A stretch of DNA of 64,000 bases from Pecten maximus (lineage: Eukaryota), in assembly GCF_902652985.1 (NCBI RefSeq), contig NC_047022.1:27404001-27468000 (forward strand). Direction: 5' to 3'. Below the pieces are notes generated by a model. It had not been told where the DNA came from, did no database searches, and saw only the letters and a program-made list of their open reading frames with translations. The translations under genes were made by a program, and so were the position numbers. Positions 35,401 through 47,400 of the stretch are shown here, piece by piece; the stretch's first letter is position 1; each line of letters opens with the position of its first letter.

Positions 35401-38400
35401 TTGTTCGCGGAACAGACCCATGTTAGGTAGAACAGGCAAATCGTATTGTAAACTGTGCTATTTACCTTCTTTTGGGATCCTCTCCTTGTGGTATAGTTGG
35501 CGCTGTAAGTGAAACGTATATATATCAAATTTAAATTGATGCATTTAAATGACAAAACTGTAACAAAAATGACACAAACTTTCATTATTGTAGACTATAT
35601 CGTTTGTAAAACTTCTCGAATAAATAAAGAACAATAATTTGGTGTGTTTGAGAACGTATCACATTCATTGATAACTGGATTAAACTACAGGTTTTACTGT
35701 GCTGCTTCTTTGATTTCAGTATAATGTAGGATATGTAGTCTAGTAACTGGAAATGAATTTAAGTTTAATAAACATGAGTATTATTGAAAGGGAGATCTAA
35801 GTGGTGCTTGAGATTAGAAAGATGGACATAATACTGACGTATTTGTAAATATCGGGAGAAGTAATACTTACTAGTTGTTGGAGCTATTGGGGCTGGTATA
35901 TTGACGACTTAAACGAAAAGGCAAAAAACATCCATCAACATCGCACAGATACATTGTTAAAGAAAGATAGGCAATAGCACAGCTCTGTAAAAACAGTATT
36001 TAACAAAGTATTACGTTAGGACATGAGATGTAGCAGCAGACTGCATTACATCATTGATTATAATTATCCACCAATGATGAAGCCATATTTAATGCAAGTA
36101 TTGAATAGATAAGTGACTTACGACTACAAACTCTGTTGAACAGGGCCTTTTTCACTCCTTCTTTGTCAAGCTCACTGTAGTTGGCAACTGTGATGACAAA
36201 CTTGTCGTCAGGGTCTGTAGCTATTCCGTTGAGTTCAGCCATATTCACCTTAGGTCCGATTCCAATAGCAAACAGGGTTATGTTGTCGTTCCTTGCTGAC
36301 TTAGCTTCTTCTTGCGTTTTTGCCTTACCCTGGTTGGATGAAAGCCCGTCAATTCTCCCGGGGTTGGTTGTCCCGTCTGTCAGGATAATCCCCACGTGCT
36401 CGGCATCGTCACGTGCACCATTATTAGAAGCAAATAGGAAGTCACGCATTCGTTCGATAGCCTTGTACGTCCTAGTGGCTAGGCCTGCGCGATATCGAAT
36501 ATCATCAACGTCTTCAATGACACTCGCTTGGTCAGCATTTGTGTTGAATTTGAATTCGTCATACACGTAGGAGTTAAAAGAAACTGCAGCAAATTGGACA
36601 TCCTTAGGACCAACGTCAAAGTATCTGACTAAATTTTCTATGAACGCCTTCTGAATTTTGAAATCTGACTCGTGTATACTGCTTGAGCTGTCAACAACAA
36701 AGGCGATGTCTGCATAGCATTTCTTATCTATGTCAACACCTGTAAAAATAATCAGATGAAGAACACGTTGATTCAGTGATCAAAACGTCTAAATAAAAGG
36801 TTTCAAGGATAGCAAAGAGTATCTTACATGGGAGTGTAATTGCTTGATTAAGTATATGACTAATTCCCAGCTCTGACGATCTCATGTGACGGGAGTTACA
36901 TACCTCGATTTATGAATAGAAAAGCATTTCAGTCTTCGGGTTTTGTGATGTCGCTAATATAATGACGTCATAAATGCATTGTAACACTATTTTAAATTAT
37001 GGTTCCGAAATACGAAGTTCTCATAAAGCGTCTGACGTTGAAAAACTACATACTTCATCCTGTAAACAATTACTTGGTGTACGTAAAAATACTTGTAATG
37101 CTATGGTTTATTTAGAACTTGGTAGATATCCATTGACATTGTTAAGGAAATTAAGAATTTTCAAGTATTTGATAAAGATAGTAAATACTGATAATTGTAT
37201 TTTAAGATCATGTTATAAAGACATGTTGGGGAATAACGATAAATGGGTGTTGAATATCAAAAATGAATTATATAGAATAGGCCTAGGCTATACAGAAAAT
37301 ATTGACAATATCTTTTACATCTTAATTAAAGATAGACTTTTAGATGTTTACAGACAAGATTGCATAGAACAAATTAGAACATGGTAAAAGGGTCTTGTTA
37401 TAATGTCTTTTTATTCTAAAATATCCATACTTTTCTGATATACGTAAGAAGTTTTTGAAAAGTTAAAATTATAAAAAGCAAAGCATTTTTAAATTGATAT
37501 AGTTATTTAACGGACAAAACACAAAAGAATTAAAAAAAATTGGCCAAATATACTAAAGAGAAAATAATTTCATTAACTTAGTTATGCTCTTCGAGTATAT
37601 TGTCTCTTAAACGTATTTATTAATCTGTGATGTTGTCAATGTTATGTAAATGTGTACATTTTTGTATAACAATGTATGTGTATGATAGTGATGAGTCGGA
37701 AGACTCAAAGTTAATAAAGAACTAGAACTGTTCAATTGGTTTTTCATCACGGCATGCAAAACATCCAATACGAGCAACATCTGTACACTTGATAGTGGGA
37801 ATTCCGCAGGTTAGCTTTATATGGAATTGTGAAATATTATATCATAATTGTAGACTGTAGTTTTGGTTTATCACGTATTTACGTAACTGGTCTGAAAAAC
37901 ATTCACCTCGGCAGATGTCCGTTCATCTCAGCCGAGGTTTCGGTGATTATTATTCAGACTAAGTGCGTAAATCAGGGAAACATCTCACCAGTCAATAACT
38001 TATTGTACAATGACACGGACCTAAATAACTCAAATTACAATAAAAACAAAACTAGATTCACTTAATTCGGTTTTCATATAGCTTCGTAACTTAATGTATA
38101 ATTTAACCAGTAAAAATGTACTTACCAACGGTTGATTTGATCTGAAATATAAATAAATACAGCATTGTTATGACTATAGAATTATTTTTTTATCCAACAT
38201 AAAATTATAATAATTGATGAACAATCAAAAAACGGCGTCGGGGAAATATTTCACGTCAATTCAAATCGTATAAACAATTCATTAAAGATTATATCTTTAA
38301 GATAATCAGGTAATTATCTTTGAAACAGATAAAGGGGTCTACGAATGCAATACGTTAATGATCATACGGGAGCATGTTTATTCCCAAGTTTAAATCACTT

Positions 38401-41400
38401 CATGCGTTTTAATGTACCGAAGTCAATATTGAAACCCTGTGTCTCAAAATCAGTTTTACCCTTTAAAGCTTAGAAGATTGCTTGTGCACGAGAACAGGGT
38501 GAGAAAAACAGGGAATATCGACAACAGTAATTCATAATCAAGATTGCTTGTGCACGAGAACAGGGTGAGAAAAACAGGGAATATCGACAACAGTAATTCA
38601 TAATCAAGATTGCTTGTGCACGAGAACAGGGTGAGAAAAACAGGGAATATCGACAACAGTAATTCATAATCAAGATTGCTTGTGCACGAGAACAGGGTGA
38701 GAAAAACAGGGAATATCGACAACAGTAATTCATAATCAACAAAGCGAGAAAATAAGACCGGAAGTGACGGAGGGAAAGTGCCCTGTGTTTCATCGTGTTT
38801 GATTTGTAGTAACCCTGTCTGCAGCCTGTCGATATATTTCACAGCTATCGATAAGTGATAATTTACTGCTAATATTGAACTGAACACGACGCAACTTCAC
38901 AGACCGAGGTAGACATTTATAAAATTGGTACAGTTCTCTACTTGACGTTCAGTTTTGAGTTTGAAGGTATAGGATGTCCTGGTGAGCCGTGTCGTACCGC
39001 TGCCTTTTACGACATTGCTTCTGCGGGAAAGTTATCTTTGACGGCCTGACATGTTCGTAATGAAGTTATGCCTGAATTGCAGTTGCACTACCGTGCTGAA
39101 AAATCAGACATTACAACTGAATATTACCTCATCGAACCAAAATAAATTATTTTACAAATATAATGTATATTTGTCTTTTATTGGTACTTAAGCTGTCTAC
39201 ATTTCGTGCAGTTTCATTTACATCCATTCTCACGTTTTGTTTACATGGGCACACGTGTTTGTGCCATGTGGTGATCTCATTTATGTGACTGTGTGCAGGT
39301 GTAAGTCCATGTTTGCTTGTAAGGTTTGATATGGTGTTTTTTTTATATTCTTAGCTATTACCTAGTTTGCATGCTACTCTAACATAAATAATCGAGGTAA
39401 ACAAGTTATGATTGGGGTGTATCATCACATTGGTGTGTAAGAGTATTAGTAGAGTATACTATCTGTATAAAGTAGGGACAAAAGAGTAATAGAGTATTAG
39501 TAGGAATATGATATCTGTTTAATGTAGGGATGTAAGTGTATCGGTTATTTATTTATTTTATAATTACGGCCTTATCGGTAGGAGTATACTGTCTTTATAG
39601 TGTCGGGTGTAAGAGTATCAATAGGGTATAATAATTTCATAGTGTATGGTGTAAGAGTATTAATAGGGTATAATAATTTCCTAGTGTCGGGTGTAATAGT
39701 ATCAATAGGGTATAATAATTTCCTAGTGTCGGGTGTAAGAGTATCAATAGGGTATAATAATTTCCTAGTGTCGGGTGTAAGAGTATCAATAGGGTATAAT
39801 AATTTCATAGTGTCGGGTGTAAGAGTATCAATAGGGTATAATAATTTCATAGTGTCGGGTGTAAGAGTATAAATAGGGTATAGTAATTTCATAGTGTCGG
39901 GTGTAAGAGTATCAATAGGGTATAATAATTTCATAGTGTCGGGTGTAAGAGTATCAATAGGGTATAATAATTTCATAGTGTCGGGTGTAAGAGTATTAAT
40001 AGGGTATAATAATTTCAAAGTGTCGGGTGTAAGAGTATTAATAGGGTATAGTAATTTCATAGTGTCGGGTGTAAGAGTATCAATAGGGTATAATAATTTC
40101 ATAGTGTCGGGTGTAAGAGTATCAATAGGGTATACTAATTTCATAGTGTCGGGTGTAAGAGTATCAATAGGGTATAATAATTTCATAGTGTCGGGTGTAA
40201 GAGTATTAATAGGGTATAATAATTTCATAGTGTCGGGTGTAAGAGTATTAATAGGATATAATAATTTCATAGTGTCGGGTGTAAGAGTATCAATAGGGTA
40301 TAATAATTTCATAGTGTCGGGTGTAAGAGTATCAATAGGGTATAATAATTTCATAGTGTCGGGTGTAAGAGTATCAATAGGGTATAGTAATTTCATAGTG
40401 TCGGGTGTAAGAGTATCAATAGGGTATAATAATTTCATAGTGTCCGGTGTAAGAGTATTAATAGGATATAATAATTTCATAATGTCGGGTGTAAGAGTAT
40501 CAATAGGGTATAATAATTTCATAGTGTCCGGTGTAAGAGTATCAATAGGGTATAATAATTTCATAGTGTCCGGTGTAAGAGTATCAATAGGGTATACTAA
40601 GGCCATAGTGTCGGGTGTAAGAGTATCAATAGGATATAATAATTTCATAGTGTCGGGTGTAAGAGTATCAATAGGGTATAATAATGCCATAGTGTCGGGT
40701 GTAAGATTATCAATAGGGTATAATAATTTCATAGTGTCCGGTGTAAGAGTATTAATAGGATATAATAATTTCATAATGTCGGGTGTAAGAGTATCAATAG
40801 GGTATAATAATTTCATAGTGTCGGGTGTAAGAGTATCAATAGGGTATAATAATTTCATAGTGTCGGGTGTAAGAGTATCAATAGGGTATAATAATTTCAT
40901 AATGTCGGGTGTAAGAGTATGAATAGGGTATAATAATTTCATAGTGTCGGGTGTAAGAGTATCAATAGGGTATAATAATTTCATAATGTCGGGTGTAAGA
41001 GTATGAATAGGGTATAATAATGCCATAGTGTCGGGTGTAAGAGTATCAATAGGGTATAGTAATTTCATAGTGTCGGGTGTAAGAGTATCAATAGGGTATA
41101 GTAATTTCATAGTGTCGGGTGTAAGAGTATCAATAGGGTATAATAATTTCATAGTGTCGGGTGTAAGAGTATCAATAGGGTATAATAATTTCATAGTGTC
41201 GGGTGTAAGAGTATCAATAGGGTATAATAATTTCATAGTGTCGGGTGTATGAGTATCAATAGGGTATACTAATTTCAGTGTCGGGTGTAAGAGTATCAAT
41301 AGGGTATAATAATGCCATAGTGTCGGGTGTAAGAGTATCAATAGGGTATAATAATTTCATAGTGTCGGTTGTAATAGTATCTATATGGTATAGTAATTTC

Positions 41401-44400
41401 ATAGTGTCGGGTGTAAGAGTATCAATAGGGTATAATAATTTCATAGTGTCGGTTGTAATAGTATCTATATGGTATAATAATTTCATAGTGTCAGGTGTAA
41501 TAGTATCTATAGGGTATAATAATTTCATAGTGTCGGGTGTAAGAGTATCAATAGGGTATAATAATTTCATAGTGTCGGGTGTAAGAGTAGCAATAGGGTA
41601 TAATAATGCCATAGTGTCGGGTGTAAGAGTATCAATATGGTATAATAATTTCATAGTGTCGGGTGTAAGAGTATTAATAGGGTATAATAATTTCATAGTG
41701 TCGGGTGTATGAGTATCAATAGGGTATAGTAATTTCATAGTGTCGGGTGTATGAGTATCAATAGGGTATAATAATTTCATAGTGTCGGGTGTAAGAGTAT
41801 CAATAGGGTATACTAATTTCATAGTGTCGGGTGTAAGAGTATCAATAGGGTATAATAATTCCATAGTGTCGGGTGTAAGGGTATTAATAAGGTATACTAA
41901 TTTCAAAGTGTCAGGGTGTAAGAATGTTTTAATAGGTATGCTATATTTATAGTGTCGTGAGGTGCGAGTATTAGTAGTAATATATTTTTTTTAACGTCGG
42001 GGTGTAAAAGCGTAAGTTTTGGAATAATTTTTAAGCATTGATGTCATCTATTTTAGTTTCTTCGGGGGATGAAACAACATTAACGCTTATAATTAATTTT
42101 TGAAAATGATTTTCTAATTTAAAACATGTTTTATGTACAATTTTACTGGTTTTAAATGGGATTCTTTTTCTTAAATCAATACGCAACGTCAATTGTCGTA
42201 TTGTGACGTCACATTTTTCGCGCCATTCTCGGAATTTCTTTCATAGAAGTATTTACCATGAAAACAAAGAAAACTTAATTATCTTGATATGGTCGTGGTG
42301 TAAGATTTATTTATAGTAGGGATATATAACATCTGTATAGGATCGGGTGTATACTTTTCATCTCTATGATTCTCTGCTCTATGTATTATACGTAATCTTG
42401 TAAAACATCAACATAGACACCTTGAACTACATCAGTGTATACTTCAGGTGAGGTATTTTTAAATGTTAAGCCAAGCCTGTTCCTCTCACTTTCCCGAGAC
42501 AGTGGTATAACACACATCTAAAACTACATTATTATGCATCTCACACACAATGATATGCAAAACATTTTAAAGATCATAGTATCAAGTACGTGCTGGGATT
42601 ATAAAATAGCTTGTTTTCTTCATTTCGCTTATTACTATTTAAGCTAAAATCCGGTGGAAACCATGTATATAACGACCGTTTCCTTCATGTGTGGCAGCCG
42701 TCTTGATAAACATATGAATGTCTCATTGATACTGTTTCCTTACATGAAAACATTGATTGTATACGTAACGTACAGATAATAATTTATTGTGTACGTGCAA
42801 ATGGTATTAATTAGGTACTGATATGTATTAATAGTTACAGACGGGTATTAATTGCAGGGGAAGGCATTGTGTACATATATAATTTCACTGTATCTATTTG
42901 TATACATAAAGGTGTGCATCAATCGTGTACATGACCGGTTCATCTGACATAGGATCAGAAATGTGTTTTATGATTAAATTGATTAAATTGATATACAGGT
43001 TCATGTATTGCAAAGCAAGTCACGAAGCAATGTCTTTTTGATGTTTCTTAACAAATGTATGATGTTTCAGAAATCGGTCCATGAACGAAATGAAAACATG
43101 TACCCGGACAAACAACTTAATTTTAAAAGTAAAGTTAAATCTATTTTCAGTGATATACTTTACTCAAAGGAATACATTTCAGGTTTTTTTTTCACCTGTG
43201 GTTAGTTCATTTCAGTTACCCTTAATTACACATTTGCATTCTGTACCTGACAAATGCAGTTTGCGTTCAAATATTATTTTTGTGATGTTAAAATTTGCCA
43301 TTATTGCTAATTTACAAACAAACTCATCTGTGACTATGGGAGACTATAATCGCGGTATCTTTAGAAGTACTGGGAGGGTTTTCTAAAGGTCGTGTGAAGG
43401 TTTCCCTTTGTCTCTAGTTGTTACTGGGAGGGTTTTCTAAAGGTCGTGTGAAGGTTTCCCTTTGTCTCTAGTTGTTACTGGGAGGGTTTTCTAAAGGTCG
43501 TGTGTAGGTTTCCCTTTGTCTCTAGTTGTTACTGGGAGGGGTTTCTAAAGGTCGTGTGTAGGTTTCCCTTTGTCTCTAGTTGTTACTGGGAGGGTTTTCT
43601 AAAGGTCGTGTGTAGGTTTCCCTTTGTCTCTAGTTGTTACTGGGAGGGTTTTCTAAAGGTCGTGTGTAGGTTTCCCTTTGTCTCTAGTTGTTACTGGGAG
43701 GGTTTTCTAAAGGTCGTGTGTAGGTTTCCCTTTGTCTCTAGTTGTTACTGGGAGGGTTTTCTAAAGGTCGTGTGTAGGTTTCCCTTTGTCTCTAGTTGTT
43801 ACTGGGAGGGTTTTCTAAAGGTCGTGTGTAGGTTTCCCTTTGTCCCTAGTTGTTACTGGGAGGGTTTTCTAAAGGTCGTGTGTAGGTTTCCCGTTGTCTC
43901 TAGTTGTTTGAATTTGTGTCTGTTCCAAAAAAAATACAGACAGAGTTTGGTATTGCTATTTCAAATTCACAGAGAGTTCTTTGATATTTCTTAGACGTTT
44001 TATTCAGGTTCCCCTTCTTATCAATTCATTAAAGTAGAGAACATATCATAGAACCCATTACGATCTTTCAATGATGAGTGCCAAGATCCCTCTAGGTCAT
44101 GTCGATGTAAAAAAGAAATAAGCCTACTCTGGAAAAAGCCGAATTGAGTTGTCACTTTAGTGTGTAATCATAATAAATGTAGTAGTAGTAATGGTTATAA
44201 ATGACCAGCGGTAAGAGTGTTAGTAATTATAATAAGGATATTAAAATAATCGGAACGGGGTATACTGTACTTTTCATTGGAGAAAATCTATGATTCTCTA
44301 AAATACGCTTTTATGGAATAGTGTCAAACATCAATACACAAACATTTAGATTCATGAGTGTAAACTTTAGGTGTGTCAATCCGACACGTGCAATGCCATT

Positions 44401-47400
44401 GCCTTGTAATTCCCTCAGACAGCGGTAGACATCACGCAAATTTATATGTTGATATCCGAAAAGTTTTATTTATCATGGTACCAAGTGCGTGCTATGATTA
44501 CATTATGGGTAACATCTTACTCAGTATGCTTCAGTGAGGTAGCACTATAAATCGGCAAAAATTCCGGCCTATCACAAGGAGACTTAACACGAACATACCG
44601 CAGCCTCCAAAAACACACTCATTAAATGACCTTAGCTGTTAATAGGACGTTAAACAAAATAAACCAAACCAATCCAAACCAAACTTATCTCTTACACTCA
44701 GTTACCCGGGGAAATCCATGAATAATAATGACCGTTTCCATTAGTAGGGACCGCCATCTTCATAAACGCGTTAATGTTTCGTTGCTATCAATTGTTAACG
44801 TAAATGAGGACTTTAATTAATTACTTACGTTACATAATTACTACCTGATTTTAATCATGTATGGATATGAACTTATTGTAAATTTATATCTATTGATTGA
44901 ATACAATCAATGTACATACTTTACTCGTGTATGTAGATGATAGGTATTAATTACATATCCAAAGGTATATTCGTATCTTCTGATTAAATTTGTGTACAGG
45001 TATTGCCAACCAAGTCACGAAGCAATACCCTTTTGATGTTTGATGATTCAGAAATCTGTTCAAGAAATAAGAAAACATGTATCTGAACAAACAACTTGTT
45101 TTAAAAGGTTCTATCTATTTTCAAGGACATGCTGTATTCAACGGACTAAAGGTTTTGTTAACGCCGACACGGGTTTATACAGTGAATGATAATGAGCTTT
45201 CGTTAGGTATATACCATACGGTGCTGTGTAGGTACTGTTTAGTGGATATGACAATGCTACTAAGGCATGTATAATATAAACAAAAAATCAGAAAACATAT
45301 GCCAATTATTGTTCTTTCCTTCGCCTCTTGTCCCCGACTTTTGATCGACCGACACCGATAGGCATTTACCGTAAATATTTAAATGTCCTACAGATTACCA
45401 AGGCATATAAAATATCAGCGGATATTCGGTTACGAAGAAATGAACTATGACATAAAGATGTGGCTTGGAAGTGATTTAAATACAAAATAAAAACAATCAT
45501 CGTATTCAAGTTTATGATTACATTGACTGTATGAAATGATTTTGTTAACAAATACTTTGTAATAAATCGCGAAAATAGTGTTGAACTGATTGATAACGTG
45601 ATGCAACAAAATCACACTGGACTTGACAGACGACATATTACTTGTCCATGGATGTTATCCTATTTATTCTTCCATACTTTGTCCGGTATCAAACGTTTGG
45701 CCAAATAAAGTATCAAATGCTAAATCGCGTGCTTTTACATTCTGTATAGTCACGAGATATAACCTCTGATGGCTACCTTCTTCGGCCCCATCTTTATGAA
45801 CATAACATTAACTTTTCGTGGAATAAATTCATGTCTTGAAAGTCATTAGAAGAAGACGCTTCCTGGGACACATGATATGTCATTAGCAGAAGACATCCCT
45901 CAGGATACATTGTAATATCTACCATGCTCTTTGTATATTTCTATTGTCCCAGTGTATATTTGAATGTCGTTGGTAGAAGACACCCCTCATGACACATTGT
46001 AATATCTACCATTCTCTTTTTCTATTGTCCCAGCGTACATTTCTTTTGTACATACTCTGCCCTCGTTTTACTGATGTTCAGAAACTCTGTCTACTGTACA
46101 CGGTGTTATTGGTCTGATATTGTAAGAGCGACAAGCTTTTACTGGTAACTGAACCCTTTGTAAACGGCCTAAGATAATTGGACTAGATATAAGACGGTAT
46201 ATCAATATGAGGTGTAGTTTAATATGCGACGGTCTCCAAAGAGGTCGCTACACGGAATATACTACTTGTCAGAAGGGCGAACGTCCACCCAGTTATAAAA
46301 ATGTTAATTATTATCAAATTGAAACCAAATTGTCGTTTAACTTGGTTTGCGATCTCTTGTAATGTCATTTCTCCGGCTTAACTTACAGTTTATTTAATGC
46401 TTCGCGAGTTTTCTTTCGTCGTGGGATATACAGAAATCGGTGTCTGTTTCTGATCAGACGCTGATGTAATTCACATTTTTTAAACATCGCTAGAAGCTTC
46501 GACACCATAAATGGTCATGCTCGAATGCTTTTAACGAATTTAACGCCCACCGATATTAAGGCTATCCTCAAGGGGAAGAAACATTTCTTTTCATTCAGTT
46601 TACCTGTCTTATATATATGGTGGCCGATTTTGCAGTGTACTTTTGTCGCATGTCACATTGTCGCTGTTCACTTGGCGCTTTATCGCTCTTGATATGGTGC
46701 ACTGTCGCTCTTTGCATGGCGCACTGTCAGCCGCACTTCGCTAGGGGCAAATGCCAAGGGAACCCCTTGTTGCCATGTGTACAGTAACAACATAAAACCT
46801 ACTGTTCAATACTTTATTTGCTTTGTCTTACCATTTTCGTCAACTATTTATAAAATTTTTTAAAAAACTATCAGAAAATTCCGCCTGTTAAAAATTCACA
46901 ATAAACTGGTTATTATAGCCTAATGTAACGGATGTTATATGCGCATGATGACAACTGTCTCTTAGCACTGAGTCAGTGGAAAATAAGGAAAAAATTTCAA
47001 TATTGCAATATATTTACATTCAATATGCTTGAAAGCATTGGCGAAAATTGTATTACCACGGGTAACATTTTCCATCGTATTTAATAAACGCGATCCATGT
47101 AATAAATCCAATGTTGTTTCGGTCACCTTAATGTTCGAAACATAACCATCAATCCAAAAATCTCATAAAATAAATGTTGTAGATGAAAGTACATTTTGTT
47201 TGTTTGTTGTTACGACCGTGTCAATAACTGTCTGATACTTTGCCGCGGAAAACGGCTGTTCTTTCTCCCACGTCATGAGAACATGCATTTTTATTATTAT
47301 TGGGTGTTTTAAAAGATGAAAATATAACAATGTAAATATTATGAATGAAATTTATTTTTTCAACATTCATGAGGTATTTCATGACGCAGTAAATTTAATT

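Noticed and set aside
36181-36570. Plus-strand ORFs overlapping vWA or SULT exons (also 25348, 32315, 54236, 55640, 57582, 8834)
   Set aside because: Antisense shadows of real minus-strand exons.
39572-41906. 589-aa and 342-aa ORFs with 14-aa repeats
   Set aside because: They are a by-product of a stop-free 42-bp unit open on both strands. They lie in an intron, have no unique flanking domains and are broken by an indel.
43500-43994. Cys/Trp-rich repetitive ORF, and similar ORFs at 38456-38887 and 33319-33864
   Set aside because: Tandem-repeat translations within introns.
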